In this document: in pieces, positions 40,283 to 52,970 of the stretch
Layout: every line of letters begins with the position of its first letter
Numbering within the stretch: the stretch's first letter is position 1
Source: Neocallimastix sp. 'constans'
Taxonomy: Eukaryota
Length of the DNA stretch: 64,000 nt
Assembly: GCA_050613775.1 (NCBI GenBank)
Contig: JBODTK010000012.1
Location: forward strand, 744,001 to 808,000
Direction: 5' to 3'
The notes under the pieces: model-generated
Database searches by the model: none
Told to the model about the DNA's origin: nothing
The model's input: only the letters and a program-made list of their open reading frames with translations
Program-made: the position numbers and the translations under genes

Positions 40283-40955
40283 TATTAATAAAATAACTCA
40301 ATAAATATTTTTTTTTTTTAGACTTAGAGAATAACTTTACTTAATTTATAATAATAATAAAATTACATGATTTAAATGAAAAAAATAACAAATAAAATAC
40401 ATGAAATAAAATATTATATATTATAAAATATATATATTATCTATTATGAAAAAAAAATTAGATAGATATTATTTCTTTTATGTTTTTCTTAAATTGATTT
40501 TGAATAATAAAAAGGTATACGTTCAAGTCTTTTTTAATAATTTTTTCTCATCACTATAAAAGAATTTTTTTTTTTAATTTGTTTTAAAGAAAAAAAAAAA
40601 AAACTGATTAATTATATTAAATTAGTATGTTATATATTATTGTTAATATTATTAGTATTAAAAAAATATTTAAGAAATCAAAAGTTATGAAAAAACAATT
40701 ATATTACGTTTGTGTGATTATTAAAATGTTTGTTGTTTGCTTATTAAAGGTATATTTAATTATTTAATTAAATTAATATAGTATTATTTAGTTATAACTA
40801 TATTTAAATTTAAATCTTGAAATAATTTATTAAACAACACTATATATAAAATGTTGTAAAATTTTTTTTTTTTTTGGTTTTATGTTTTGGCTGTTTGTTT
40901 GTCTGTTTGTTTGTTTTTTTAATTCTTAAATTAAGGTATTTTGTATTCTTAAATA

Positions 40956-42760
40956 TTATAAATAAATAAATTCATATTTTACTCTCTGTAAGAATTTATT
41001 TTTTCTTTCATACTGATCTATATCAAATAGTTGACGTCTTACCACCACTTCTTCATGGAATTTGTTGATATCGTCAGTATGAACATCTAAGATGTAAGTA
41101 TTTCCATATTTCATTTTAATATGTTCAGGAGATCCAATACATTTCAATTTACCATTAATCATAATACCAATACGATTTACATAATAATTCGGCTTCTTCC
41201 ATGGAATGAGTCGTCATAATGGAGGAGGATTTATTCTTCTGAAGTGTGGCCTTAATACTATCCCAGATATAACGATGAGTAGAAGGTTCCATACCAGCAA
41301 AAGGTTCATCCAATATGACTTTTGAGGAAGAAACAACAACAGAGGGCAATTAAGATATTCAATTTACGACGAATGCCTCCACTAAAGTTCAGAAGGTAAC
41401 TTTTTTTTATATGAGAGGTTAGACAACAGTATTGAATAAACCTTTTAGCATAACGCTTCGATTCCTTCTTGCTGTAACATTTCTATATGTTCATAGTGAG
41501 TCATTTCTAGAGAACATCCTTCCTGTGGACAATAAGGAAGAGTAATTTTATTTCCTTTACGATCCAAGGTATCCTGACCATCATAATAAATGTGACCTAA
41601 AGTTTGCTTAAAAAGTAAAGGAAGCAATATTCAATAAACTAGATTTTCCAGAACCATTCGGACCAAGAATACCAAAGCATTCATTCACAACGGTTAATGC
41701 CGATATTCATATTTTCAAAGACGGTCATAACAATACGACAACAGCCAAGATTAGAGGTAGGATATTCGCCATACTTATAGTCCCCCTCTTTTTTTTTTTT
41801 TTTTTTTTTTCCATAGCCTTTCTTAATTCTTCAGAAGTCCAGAATTTAAGATGATCATATTCCTTCATTAAATTCCTTAGTTTCATAAGCATTTCGCATT
41901 TCATTTCCATTCACGTCCTTCTTAACTCTTAAAATATTCATAATAGATATCTTCATCAATTCCTCCCATTTCTTCATCATTACTTCTTTTGAATCTCTTC
42001 AGTAAATTTCAAACACATCCTTTCGGTAAGGACGGTAAACCTTTTTTAACTAAATAGATTAAAAAAAGCGCCATAAACAATAATAAAAAAGAAGGCACCA
42101 ATGAAATGACAATAAAGTTGACTTTTAATCGTAAAATAACAAGTTTCTGAAAGAAAGAGAATAACCTGCGATTTCATGTTCAATACCAAGAGAAATTAAA
42201 TTTTTAATGACTCTCTCACGATAACAGTAGCATGGTAGAAAAGCATCAACACTAATGGATCCATAGTAGAAAAATAACATTAAAATTCATCATTATTCGT
42301 ATCTAAATGATTCGTATAGGAATTAAAGGTAAAGAAGAAGGTAGGGATAATATTCAAGATAAGGAAGAAAGTAAAGACACTATTTTTCACTATTAAACAT
42401 AAAACATAAACAGTACTGGAAGAGAATACAACCAACACTGCAAAGAGCAAAGAAAAGGGAAATCACAACAATACTGGTATACTGGTAAAAGTATCAGAGT
42501 GGATACTATTTAAACATAATAATACATCCAACGATAACAGCTCTGGTTATCTCAAGAACCAGAAATAATCAGATATAAAAAATGGATAACCAATAATTCA
42601 TAATGCTAATACCGTTCAATTGAAGTTGCTTTAACAATTTAGCTTCCTTTTTCATGAACAACGTTAGAACCATAGAAGGAAAGGGCGGCTATAACAATAC
42701 AGATAGTAATAACAATAGAGGAATAAAATTTATATATCTTTTCTGATGTAATAAATAACC
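40956..42760 (-). pseudogene. ABCA-subfamily ABC transporter pseudogene (one TMD plus NBD)
   Basis: Walker A ECFGILGPNGSGKSS (~41640-41685), signature FSGGIRRKL (~41360-41387), Walker B VILDEP, H-loop TTHSMEEAE, CIGSPEHIKMKYG. Upstream ABCA-type VHEK/EAKLLKQLQLNGISIMNYWLS (~42585-42660). The pieces lie in different frames with stops. Confidence 0.85.
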
Positions 42761-43668
42761 TAACAACGTTCTCACACACTTTCTCTTAATTCAGAGAAAT
42801 GTTTTATTCTTATGTTATTTGATTATAATTAACTATTTAATTAATTGTTCTTGTGATTAAAAAAAATGAACTATTTAATAAGTTTTTATTTCAAAAACTA
42901 ATTATTTAAGGAAATATTTAAAAACTATATAATGATAGATAAAAAATAATAAGAATATATAATTAAAAGCATTAATTTATGAAATTTATTTATTTTTTCT
43001 TAATTTTATTAATTATAAGTTTAAAAATCAAAGTCACTTATTATGAACATTATAAAATCATTAGATTTAAATTTGATTTATGACATTAATTTATGTTTGA
43101 ATAATATAAACTATTTTATATTAATTAAGGTTCGAATATTTCATTTTATATAATCAGATAGGAATGTAATAATAGTAATGTATTAATCAAAATTAATATA
43201 AAATGTTAGATTAAAAATTTAATTATAACAATAATTTAATTAAATCAATACCATTTAATGAAAGAAAAAAAAAAAAAAATTTAAGTCTGGTTTTATAGGA
43301 ATAATTAAAATATAAATATCAAAAAAACATACTTTTAATTATAATTTAATTTTTAAAAACAAAAAAAAAAAAAATAATAATAATAAAATGAATTGTTATT
43401 TATTAATTTTATAAATTAAATTATAATACATAATATTCAATACATTCAAAATTATTATTTTGGAAAGAAAAAGAATAAATAATGTTTTTTTCTTATTTGG
43501 CCTTTGAATAAGCTTTAGTTATTAATATTAAAATAAATAAAAATACATAGAAACATTATATATTTTTATTAATATTAAAAAGTTACAATGTGAGTTTTGA
43601 AAATAATAATTAATAGTAATAAATAATAATGAAAAGCAATAGTAAATACAAACAAGCAAAATAAGTAA

Positions 43669-43705
43669 ATGATTTTAAATAATAATATTATACTACTAAT
43701 TTTTA

Positions 43706-43736
<31 letters not shown>

Positions 43737-44037
43737 GAAATTATCCATAATTATTAATTTTGTTATTTTAACTATAACTAGTACTGTTAGCGTACAAAAT
43801 AATTGTTCTTCTAAAATTAAGAATAAAGGATATGACTGTTGTTCTCCTGAATGTAAGGCAACTTATACCGACGAAGACGGAAACTGGACTATTGAGAATG
43901 GTCAATGGTGTGGATGTGAAAATATTAAATCGGATATTGCTAATACTGAATGTGCTACCGGTATCATAGAAAAAAGGCTATTCATGTTGTCCTAAAAATT
44001 GTGAAATTGTATTTACTGATGAAAATGTATTCAAATA
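43669..44037 (+). pseudogene. Orphan dockerin (CBM10/NCDD) fragment: signal-like segment, one full and one truncated dockerin
   Basis: CSSKIKNKGYDCCSPECKATYTDEDGNWTIENGQWCGC, then CATGIIEK/(frameshift in an A-run)GYSCCPKNCEIVFTDEN followed by a stop. No catalytic domain or further exon is recognisable downstream. Confidence 0.75.
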
Positions 44038-45024
44038 AGCAAAAAAAAAAATATTAGTATTTTATCTTCATTTATATTATTAATAATTTTATGTAATATA
44101 CATTAAATTTAAATTGATATCATTAATATTTCTAAAAATAATGTTTATTATTTTATATTTATAAAAAATATTATACAATATATATTTTGAATTTAAATAG
44201 AAAGATTTAAACAAATAAGATTAATGGCTAATTATTTTAAATAATAAAATATTTAAAAAAAAAAAAAAAAAAAAAAGGTAAATTAAAGAAAAAATAATGA
44301 TAAAAGATATACTTTTTATAACAAATAAAAAAAATAAATTTAAAAATAATAAAAATTATATTACTTTTCATTTTTTTTTTTTCTTTTTTATTTTACAAAA
44401 ATTATTTATAATGAATGGATATTGATGATTTTTTTAATCAATTTATTTAATTAAAGAAAGATCGCTAGATTCTGAAATTAAAAAAAAATAATAATAAAAT
44501 AAAATAAATTTCTGTTTATTAATATCAAAGTATATCTAGTCTAAAGCTAAAGTTAAACCATAGAATTTAATAAATATTATTTCATTTTTAACTTATATAT
44601 TATAAAAAAACTTCTTTCTATTTTGAATAGCTAATTGATTTAATTAGTATGATATTATTTTCTGAATCTTATAAACAAAAAAAAGAATAATAACTATATC
44701 TATTAAAAAATTTGTTTGTATTATTTCAAATAACTTTTAAATATATTAAGCAAATATTAAATATTATTTATATTATATTCATATAATTTTATTTTAAAAT
44801 TTATTAATATTAATTCCAATTACAAGTTATTCAAATATATATATATATATATTTTAGTAAAAATAAATCTTTTATTTATTTTTTTTTTTTTTTAAAATAA
44901 AATATATAGTTTTTTGAAACAAATAGCAACAACTCATTTTAAAATTTTTAATTTTTTAAATTTAAATAATCTAATCCTTTATAATTTGATAATATAACTC
45001 TAACCTTCATATTCAATTAGTTAT

Positions 45025-45255
45025 GGGAGAGTTGCATTTCGCCAAGTTGAAGTTGTATTTCGCCAAATTGAAAATTATTAAATAAATAAATAAATGAATA
45101 AAATTAAATATTATTAATATCGAATAAAAACAATTTTAAAAAAAAATTATTTTGAATTAATATTTAACTATTTATTCATTTATTTATATCAAAACTCCAC
45201 TTTGTCGAAATGCAACATTTTAATACTACGCCACTTGGGGAAATGCAACTCTCCC
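45025..45255. mobile_element. 231-bp MITE (non-autonomous DNA transposon) with 23-bp TIRs
   Basis: Left TIR GGGAGAGTTGCATTTCGCCAAGT (45025-45047) versus right ACTTGGGGAAATGCAACTCTCCC (45233-45255): 22/23 inverted match. A second inner copy of the GTTGCATTTCG.CAA motif is present on each side. AT-rich non-coding core. Confidence 0.9.
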
Positions 45256-46318
45256 TTTTAATTTTTTAAATTTAAATAATCTAATCCTTTATAATTTGAT
45301 AATATAACTCTAACCTTCATATTCAATTAGTATATATATTTATAAAAAAATTTTTTTTAAGAAAAAATAAATAAAAATAGTATAATAAATAATAATATAT
45401 CATAACTTACGGTTATATTATAAATAATTAAAACTAATAAAACTAATAAAACTAATTCTATTTTCCATTATTTATAGATATATTAGATGCTTTCTCAGTA
45501 ATACTTTACAATTTTTTTTTATTTTTTTTTTATACAAAAAGTCTAAAATGAATTTTTTTTTTTTAAACTAAATTCATTACTTACCATAATGTTTATTATT
45601 ATTTTTAAGTATAAAAATATTTTTTTATGAAATTTTAGTATTTTATAAATTTATAATAATACATAATAATATACAATATCTTTTAATTTTTTAAACAATC
45701 CATAATAATAGATAAGAATGTAGAATGTATATTTGAAATAATTTACTTTTTTATTTTTAATTTTTTATTAAAAATAAAAATTTATTTTTTTTATTATATC
45801 TTATTTTTATATAATATTTTATTTATATAATATTTTATTTGAATTCTGAATTTTTTTTTTTTTTTTTTTTTTACTAATATCTATATTTTATTTAAATGCT
45901 AATAAAATATGATATTATTTATTTATTATTATTTTAATTATTTTTTTAATTTTTTTTTTTTTTTTAATTTTTATTATATATAACTTTAGTTTTTAATAAT
46001 TGTTAAATACAATATAATTTGGATATAAATATAATTGATACATAAATTATTTTTTATTAATAGCTTTCGTTTTTAATATAAAATAATTTAAAATATATTA
46101 GTAATATAGTATACATTTTTATACATATGAATAGTTTATAATTCATTTTTGAATTTTTTTTTTTTTTTAACATTTATTATAATTTAATTGACGAGTTATT
46201 ATGAGTACATTATATATTTTTTTTTTGTCACTAATGATTCAATAATTATCTGAAAAGTTAATTTATGCTATGGATATATTAGATATTATTTATATATATT
46301 ACAATTTTGGTATATATC

Positions 46319-48636
46319 TTAATTGTTCCAAAATGCGAATTTTAAAGGTTTAATATACTTTTTAGATTTTAGTTCTGAAATAATTTTTCTCCAATTCTTA
46401 TCTTGACAAAGAGTATCAGCATCTCCAAAAATAATGAGAGAAAATCGAGCACGAGTAATCATAACATTTAATCTTCTTTCGTCTTTTAAGAAACCAATAT
46501 TATCTTTTGAACGAACTGTAGATATAAGAATTATATCATTTTCTTGCCCTTGAAAACTGTCCACAGAATTGACTTTAATACCTGGATAATCATGCTTTAA
46601 TTTTCTTTTAATTAAAGCAACTTGATCATTATAAGGTGAAATTACTGAAATGCTTTCATTGATATTAATATTCGGAAAAGATTTAGCAAAATTACGGATA
46701 AAACAAAATATTCCGTTGGCTTCATTCTCATTTACATATATATTTTTTTTCTGTTTATTAGTTTTACTTTTGTCTTTAATATTGAAAATAGATGTTTTGA
46801 CATCATAAAACATCACAGGCCCATATTTATTTCCCATTTCTTCTTTATTCCATTCTTTTTCCCAAGCTTCTGATATCACATTTTCTCCATTCTTGATTTT
46901 ATCATCGTAGAAGCAAGATGAAGAAATTTTACAAATTTCTGGACGCATTCGATATTGAGTATCTAATAAAAGAACATTTTCTAGAGAATGATTTTGTAAT
47001 CGTTCAAAGAGACTTTTTCCATATCCACATCTTTTAACTTTTTCATTTTTAACGGTTGGAGGAAGTTGCTTATGATCTCCAATTAATACTGTACGATTAA
47101 TGCCAAGACATAATGGAATTAGAGTTGATAATTCAGTGGCTTGACCTGCTTCATCAATAATTAAAAGATCAAAACCTGAGTGTTTATGCATATTTTTAAT
47201 GTCTTCATTGCCACTGCTACATAAAGTACTAATGATAATATTAGCATCATCAAAATAAATTTTAGAATTTGAACTACTCTTGGAACTGGAACTACAATAA
47301 GAATCAGTATCAGAAAAATATAATTCTTCATCATTGTAATTATTATTTAGTTTTTTTCGGTTTGAAGTATTTGATGTATATCTATATGGTTTTATAATTT
47401 TTACTTCTTTTCTTAACTAATTTTTTTTTTAAAGAAAATGAAAATTATTATTATTTATAATTTGATATTATAATATTAACAAAAAAAAACAAAAAAAAAA
47501 AAAAAATAAAAAACAAAAAAATAAAGATTAATATAAAAATTAATATAATACATTATTTATAAAGTTATATTTATATTTATGTTTATATTTATATTTTAAT
47601 TTTAATTTTTATCATTATTAATAATTTTATATATTTAATACCTTAAATAATCGTTTATATATTTCATCAGCAACATAATTACTAGGAGCACATACTAAAA
47701 TTTTTTTAAAAGGATGTAAACTTAAATAGAAATGGATTATAGATATAATAGTGGAAGTTTTACCGGTACCCGGAGGTCCTTGAACTAAGGAAAACTCTTC
47801 TTGAAGAATTTTATTCAAAATATTTTCTTGTGATGAATTTAAATGATGATAGTTAACAATTTCTTTCTTAATTGAAGAATATCTCTCATTTTCATCTATA
47901 TATGCGATATCAATAAATTGGTTTGTAGAAAAAATATCCTTTCCAAATTTTCCAGTGGTAATAATTTTATCTATTGGTATGTCAAAAATATTAAATTTTT
48001 TTTCAGTTATTTCCATTAAAGCTTTGTATTCCTTTTTAATAGTACCTAAAGACATTATAAAGTTACAAATCCATTTACCCTTTTCAAACTCAATTTCTTT
48101 TTTCATTTTATTTGCAGTTTCTTTGGTCATACGAACTGTACATACTACATCATATGAAAATTCCTTTTTTACATCAGAAATATTTAAATTTTGGAATTTT
48201 TCAATGATATTATCACTGTCACTATCACTATCATAGTCAAATGAAAATGGATAAAAATGTTTTTTATGATATTTTATTTGATAGATATTTTTGAATAATA
48301 CAATTATCTCGAAATAAGTGATGTACATGGTATAATTAGTTTTTGCAAGATAAAGAAGATCATGTCTTTTCAATGAACCTGAAGATCTTATATCTTTAAT
48401 ACCTTCATCAAAACCTAATAAAAATTTTCCAGGCATTTTCATAGTAATAGAATATAAAGAATCAGATTCATCAATTTCTTTAATACTTTTTACTTCAATA
48501 GTAGTAGCATATTTGTTTAGAAAAATTCTTCTTTCATTATTATTTTCTTTTGGTAAATTTTTAAAAAACTCAATGAATTGTTCCTTGCATTCTTTATAGA
48601 ATAGTGGAAATATAGACTTCATTAAAATTTATATTT

Positions 48637-48680
<44 letters not shown>

Positions 48681-49036
48681 TGAATATTACAGTAAATAAA
48701 AAGTTATAAATTATAATAAATATATTAGTATATATAAAAATATATAAGCAAATATATATTAAAACAAATATTTAAAATCAAAAAAATAAATAAATAAAAT
48801 ATATAAAATTATTATTTTTATATTAATAATAATTTTTGATTTACATTTTTATAATCTGTCATTGATTCGTATGAATCTGGTAAAGGATTCAAAACTTCAT
48901 TTCTATTGAATAAACAATCTTCTTTAGACCATCTATATGGACTATATATACTATTAATGAATTCATCATCATCATCTATATAATTGGATAAAGAAGATGA
49001 AGAATTATTTTTATAATTAAAATATCTTCTAAGCAT
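46319..49036 (-). CDS. Sen1/Upf1 (DNA2/NAM7)-type superfamily 1 helicase; exons 49036-48845, 48616-47642, 47416-46319; ~754 aa
   Basis: Two phase-0 GT..AG introns give a continuous frame (2265 nt). Motifs: LVQGPPGTGKT (I), ILVCAPSN (Ia), IIDEAGQ (II), LIGDHKQLPPTV (III), SLFERL, QYRM, VISPY, VDSFQGQE (V), RRLNVMITRAR (VI). Confidence 0.9.
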
Positions 49037-49842
49037 TTTTGTAATGATAAATTTTTATATAATTTTTTTTTAACTAATTGTTAAGATATTTATATTATTA
49101 TTTACTAAAGATAAAAAAAAAAAAAAAATTAATCCTTTATATAAACAAAAATTTTTTTTTTAAAAAATACAGAATGTCCAAAAGAAATATCTTTTTTATT
49201 TTAATTTTTTTTTTTCTCTATAAATTAAATTTAAATTTAATATTTTGTATATAAGATTTTGTGTGTATATGTAACATAAATGTATTTTCAAAAAAAAAAA
49301 AATAATTTTTTTTAATCAATTTAATATATATATTGCATATTATATAAAATTTATAAATAATTTTTATTTTATTTTATTTTATTTTATTTAAAAATATCAA
49401 AAATTAAAATTAAAATTAAAAAATTTTCAAACGGATTATTAACTAATATTTTTATTCATGGCTCTTTGATAATTTTTTTTTAAATTTTAATTTTTAATTA
49501 TAACTTTAATTTATTTTTTTTTTTAAATAAAAAATAAAAAATTATTTATAAATTTTATATAATATGCAATATATTAAATTATATTACACAATATACTGAG
49601 AAAGATTTTTTTTATTGTATAAAAAAATACTTTTGACATTCAAAATTAAATTTAATTTATAGAATAAAAAAGAATAAAAAAGATATTTTATTTAGACATA
49701 ATGTTTTTTTTTTTTTTTTTATTTACCATCATAAATCATTAATTAATAAATAATAATGAATAATAATAGTAATAGTTAAAAATAATTAATAAATAAATAA
49801 TAAATAATTTTTAAAAATACTAATAGTTTACCCTAATTATTA

Positions 49843-49909
<67 letters not shown>

Positions 49910-50418
49910 ATGAACATATAAACAAACATATTAATAAATAAACATATAAATAAACATATAAATAAGTAAACATATAAATAAATAAACATATTAATAAATA
50001 AACATATAAATAAACATATAAATAAACATATAAATAAGTAAACATATAAATAAATAAACATATTAATAAATAAATTAATAAATAAATATATAAATAAACA
50101 TATAAATAAAACTATAAATTAAATATTCATAATAAATTAATTTTCAATCATTCTAAAAAAAAATATTTTTATTTATAAGAAAATTAATATTATTACATAA
50201 CTTTTCTAAGTGAATTTTAATGTAATAATTAAGAATCTTTATATTAATTATAAAATAATGAATAATAGATATATATTTATGTATTCAACAAAAGCAATTG
50301 TTATTTATTAAATATATTTTAATAATAATTTTAATTTTATCTTTTTATAATATATCATTACATAAAAAAAATCTTTTTTTAGTCATTAAAATTCAAGTCA
50401 ATGTGGCTGGAAGTTTGA

Positions 50419-50449
<31 letters not shown>

Positions 50450-50532
50450 GATTTGGTTAAAAATTATTCATATTGAATAATATTAACCTATTCAAACTTT
50501 AAATCAATTTGAGAACCAAAATTTTAGAAGTA

Positions 50533-50634
50533 ATATTCATAAATTATATATGTATAAATTAAATTTATATTATAGATAAATTTATATTCATAAATCATAT
50601 ATGTATAAATTAAATTTATATTATAGATAAATTT
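50533..50634. repeat. Two-copy 51-bp tandem repeat
   Basis: ATATTCATAAAT(T/C)ATATATGTATAAATTAAATTTATATTATAGATAAATTT at 50533 and 50584. Confidence 0.85.
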
Positions 50635-50734
50635 TAAATTTATAAAATCTTTCCAGTTTTTATTCTGGTGGTTAGTATAGTACTTGAGACTAACACACAT
50701 AAAGTTTCAGGATCATAATAATTATTAATAAAAA

Positions 50735-50985
50735 GGCCACTACAACATTTTTTTTTCAGTAAATTACACCATATCTCTTGAATTTATCAAATATGTCATT
50801 GATAAATTTATATTTAATAAAATAAGTGATAAGGGTTGGCGAACCACTGCGATGTATTGGAAATTCTTTTGAAAGTTTACTATTAAGAATTTTCATGAGA
50901 TTTCGAAGTAAAGTATTGATTAGTAATGAACTGAAGGCCCTTATCACGGATACCAATATTACTTAATTTTGTAAGTTTAGAGTTT
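50735..50985 (-). mobile_element. Degenerate reverse-transcriptase fragment of a non-LTR retrotransposon
   Basis: With frameshifts reads KLSNIGIRDKGLQFITNQYFTSKS / KLSKEFPIHR / VRQ-PLS-ILF / FINDIFDKFKRYGVIY / KKCCSGLF. The latter part matches PLSPIIFNLFINDILNDCEKYGVNIGRKKYCGGLFADD at 62835-62950. Confidence 0.75.
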
Positions 50986-51831
50986 GTTTTTAGTTTGTTT
51001 TATCAGTTTCATGAATAATTTCGTTACAATTTAATATTTTTTTTTTTTTTTTTTTTTTTTTTACTTGAGAATTACCATAGTTTACTATCAGTCAAAGATT
51101 CAAGGTCATGAATGAAAATTAAAACCATTTTTATATTGTCAGGACCAAAATATCTCTCAGACTTCTTCATATAGTTGACATTTCAAAATATTATAAAAAT
51201 AGAATAATATAAATATGAAAAAAAAAAAAAAAAAATAATAAATAACTAAATCAATTAAAACTATTAAACTAACTACTAGTAAAAGATGTTCATTTATGGT
51301 ATATAACCAAGTATGTGATTCCCCCTCAAAGAACGAACGAGTTCAATTTTTTTTTCTTTAAAGTCTTAAAATAAGTACTTCGTTCTACATTATTCATATC
51401 TGTGACAGAGTTGTTTTATATTATGTTTTTTTTTTTTTTTTTTACATAGTTACACTGTAAAATAATAAAATATTGATAAATAGAAATTTAATTAGAATTT
51501 TAATATAATAATCTTATATATATAAATCTCCAAAAAGAATAAATGTAATACTATTGTTTCAAGTTATAAGAATTTATAATCACAATTAACTAAAATTGAA
51601 ATTTATATACAAATAAATATAAATTATTTATGAAATAAATGGTCCTGTATTTTTTTCCAAGATTTCTAATCAAAAAAAGAAAAAAAATAAAATAAAATAA
51701 TAATAAATAAAAAAATAAAGTTTAATGTATGAAATAATTGAAATTGAAAAAAAAAAAAAATAAAAATAAAAGTTATAAATGTTAAGAAGTGGAGACTTCC
51801 TTTACGTAAAAGCCTATTTTCAATTGTAATA

Positions 51832-52890
51832 TTTTTTTTTTTTTTTTTTTTAGACAGGGAAGAGAATACACTTCCAAAACTTTATTAAATTTTATTTTAA
51901 AAAATACATGTAGGTGAAAAGTACATTTGAAATTAAAAATAAAAAAATAAAAAATAAAAAAATAAAAAAGCTCGAAAATACTATGTATTTCGGCAAGTTG
52001 TACTATGCGGGAATTTTTCCCTTCCTATCAAATAAAAAAGAAATAAAACCTAGAAGTAACATCTTTAAAATAGATAGTGTGGTGTCCACTAAACTCTCCC
52101 CGGACTCATCATTTATTGAACTACTAGGGAGAGATTCATCCTTCGTAGCAATAGATGACGATCCTGTATTATCATTATGCCTTATCAGTACGACGTCGAC
52201 GCTCTTGGATAAGTTTGGTATTTTGCAATACCTATCAAATAATAGCTCAAACGAACTACTAATGATAGGTATTGCACTTGTTAAGAATTCCGCCAAGCCC
52301 ACAATTTTTGGAACAGGTGACTCAGATGAACCTTTGAAAAGTAGTTCATTTAATTGTCTCTGTTCCCCACTATCGAAATGTAGCTCATTTAAAACTAAAG
52401 TCCCACCAAGAAGGAACAAGTATATATAATGATTGATATAATCTTCAAAATTAGAAATAGAGTCATAGGAAGAAAGAGGATTAAACACTCTAATCTTCCT
52501 AAGGAATAAAACATAGAGATCATCGATGAAATTTAAAGAATTCCATCTAAAAGATGCAAGAGCATCGCATTTAAAAATCCAATGTTCAAAAGATTGTTTA
52601 TCTTCGCCACAACAGGGGCAAGACTTGGGACAATCTTCTGAAACTCTACCCATTCTAATAGCAATAGTAGTATTGTATTTATAACCACAGCGTAAACGAA
52701 TAATCCACGAAAACCCTAAGTTGAATTGGGGATATTTTAAACTAAGCATAATTATAGCTTTATTGTTTGAGAACTTATTACGATCGTAATTTTGACCTTT
52801 AATACCTTGAAATTTGGCAACTGATTTCCAGTAACGTTCTAAAATATCGTCATATTTTTCACATTTATATTTTTTGATTTTTTTATACAG
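51832..52890 (-). mobile_element. 5'-truncated non-LTR retrotransposon: open C-terminal ORF2 with CCHC-type Zn finger, 3' UTR, poly(A), 13-bp TSD
   Basis: TSD TTCAATTGTAATA at 51819-51831 and 52891-52903. T-run 51832-51851 is the poly(A) on the minus strand. The ORF is open to the stop at 52003 and contains CPCCGEDKQSFEHWIFKC. About 94-95% identical (manual count) to 63650-64000 in inverted orientation. Confidence 0.92.
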
Positions 52891-52917
52891 TTCAATTGTA
52901 ATAATAAAAGGTGCTTA

Positions 52918-52970
52918 TTTTTTTTATTTTTTTTTTATAGACAGGGAAGAGAATACACTTCCAAAACTAT
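52918..52970 (-). mobile_element. ~50-bp extreme 3' stub of the same LINE family with its own degenerate TSD
   Basis: TAGACAGGGAAGAGAATACACTTCCAAAACT at 52938-52968 is identical to 51851-51881 and is preceded by a T-run. Flanked by AAAAGGTGCTTATT (52906-52919) and AAAAGGTTCTTATT (52976-52989). Confidence 0.82.

Noticed and set aside
51851..52968. 31-bp direct repeat considered as a long TSD or LTR of the 52-kb element
   Set aside because: The real TSD is TTCAATTGTAATA. The 31-mer is the element's own 3' end, and the second copy has its own A-tail and TSD.
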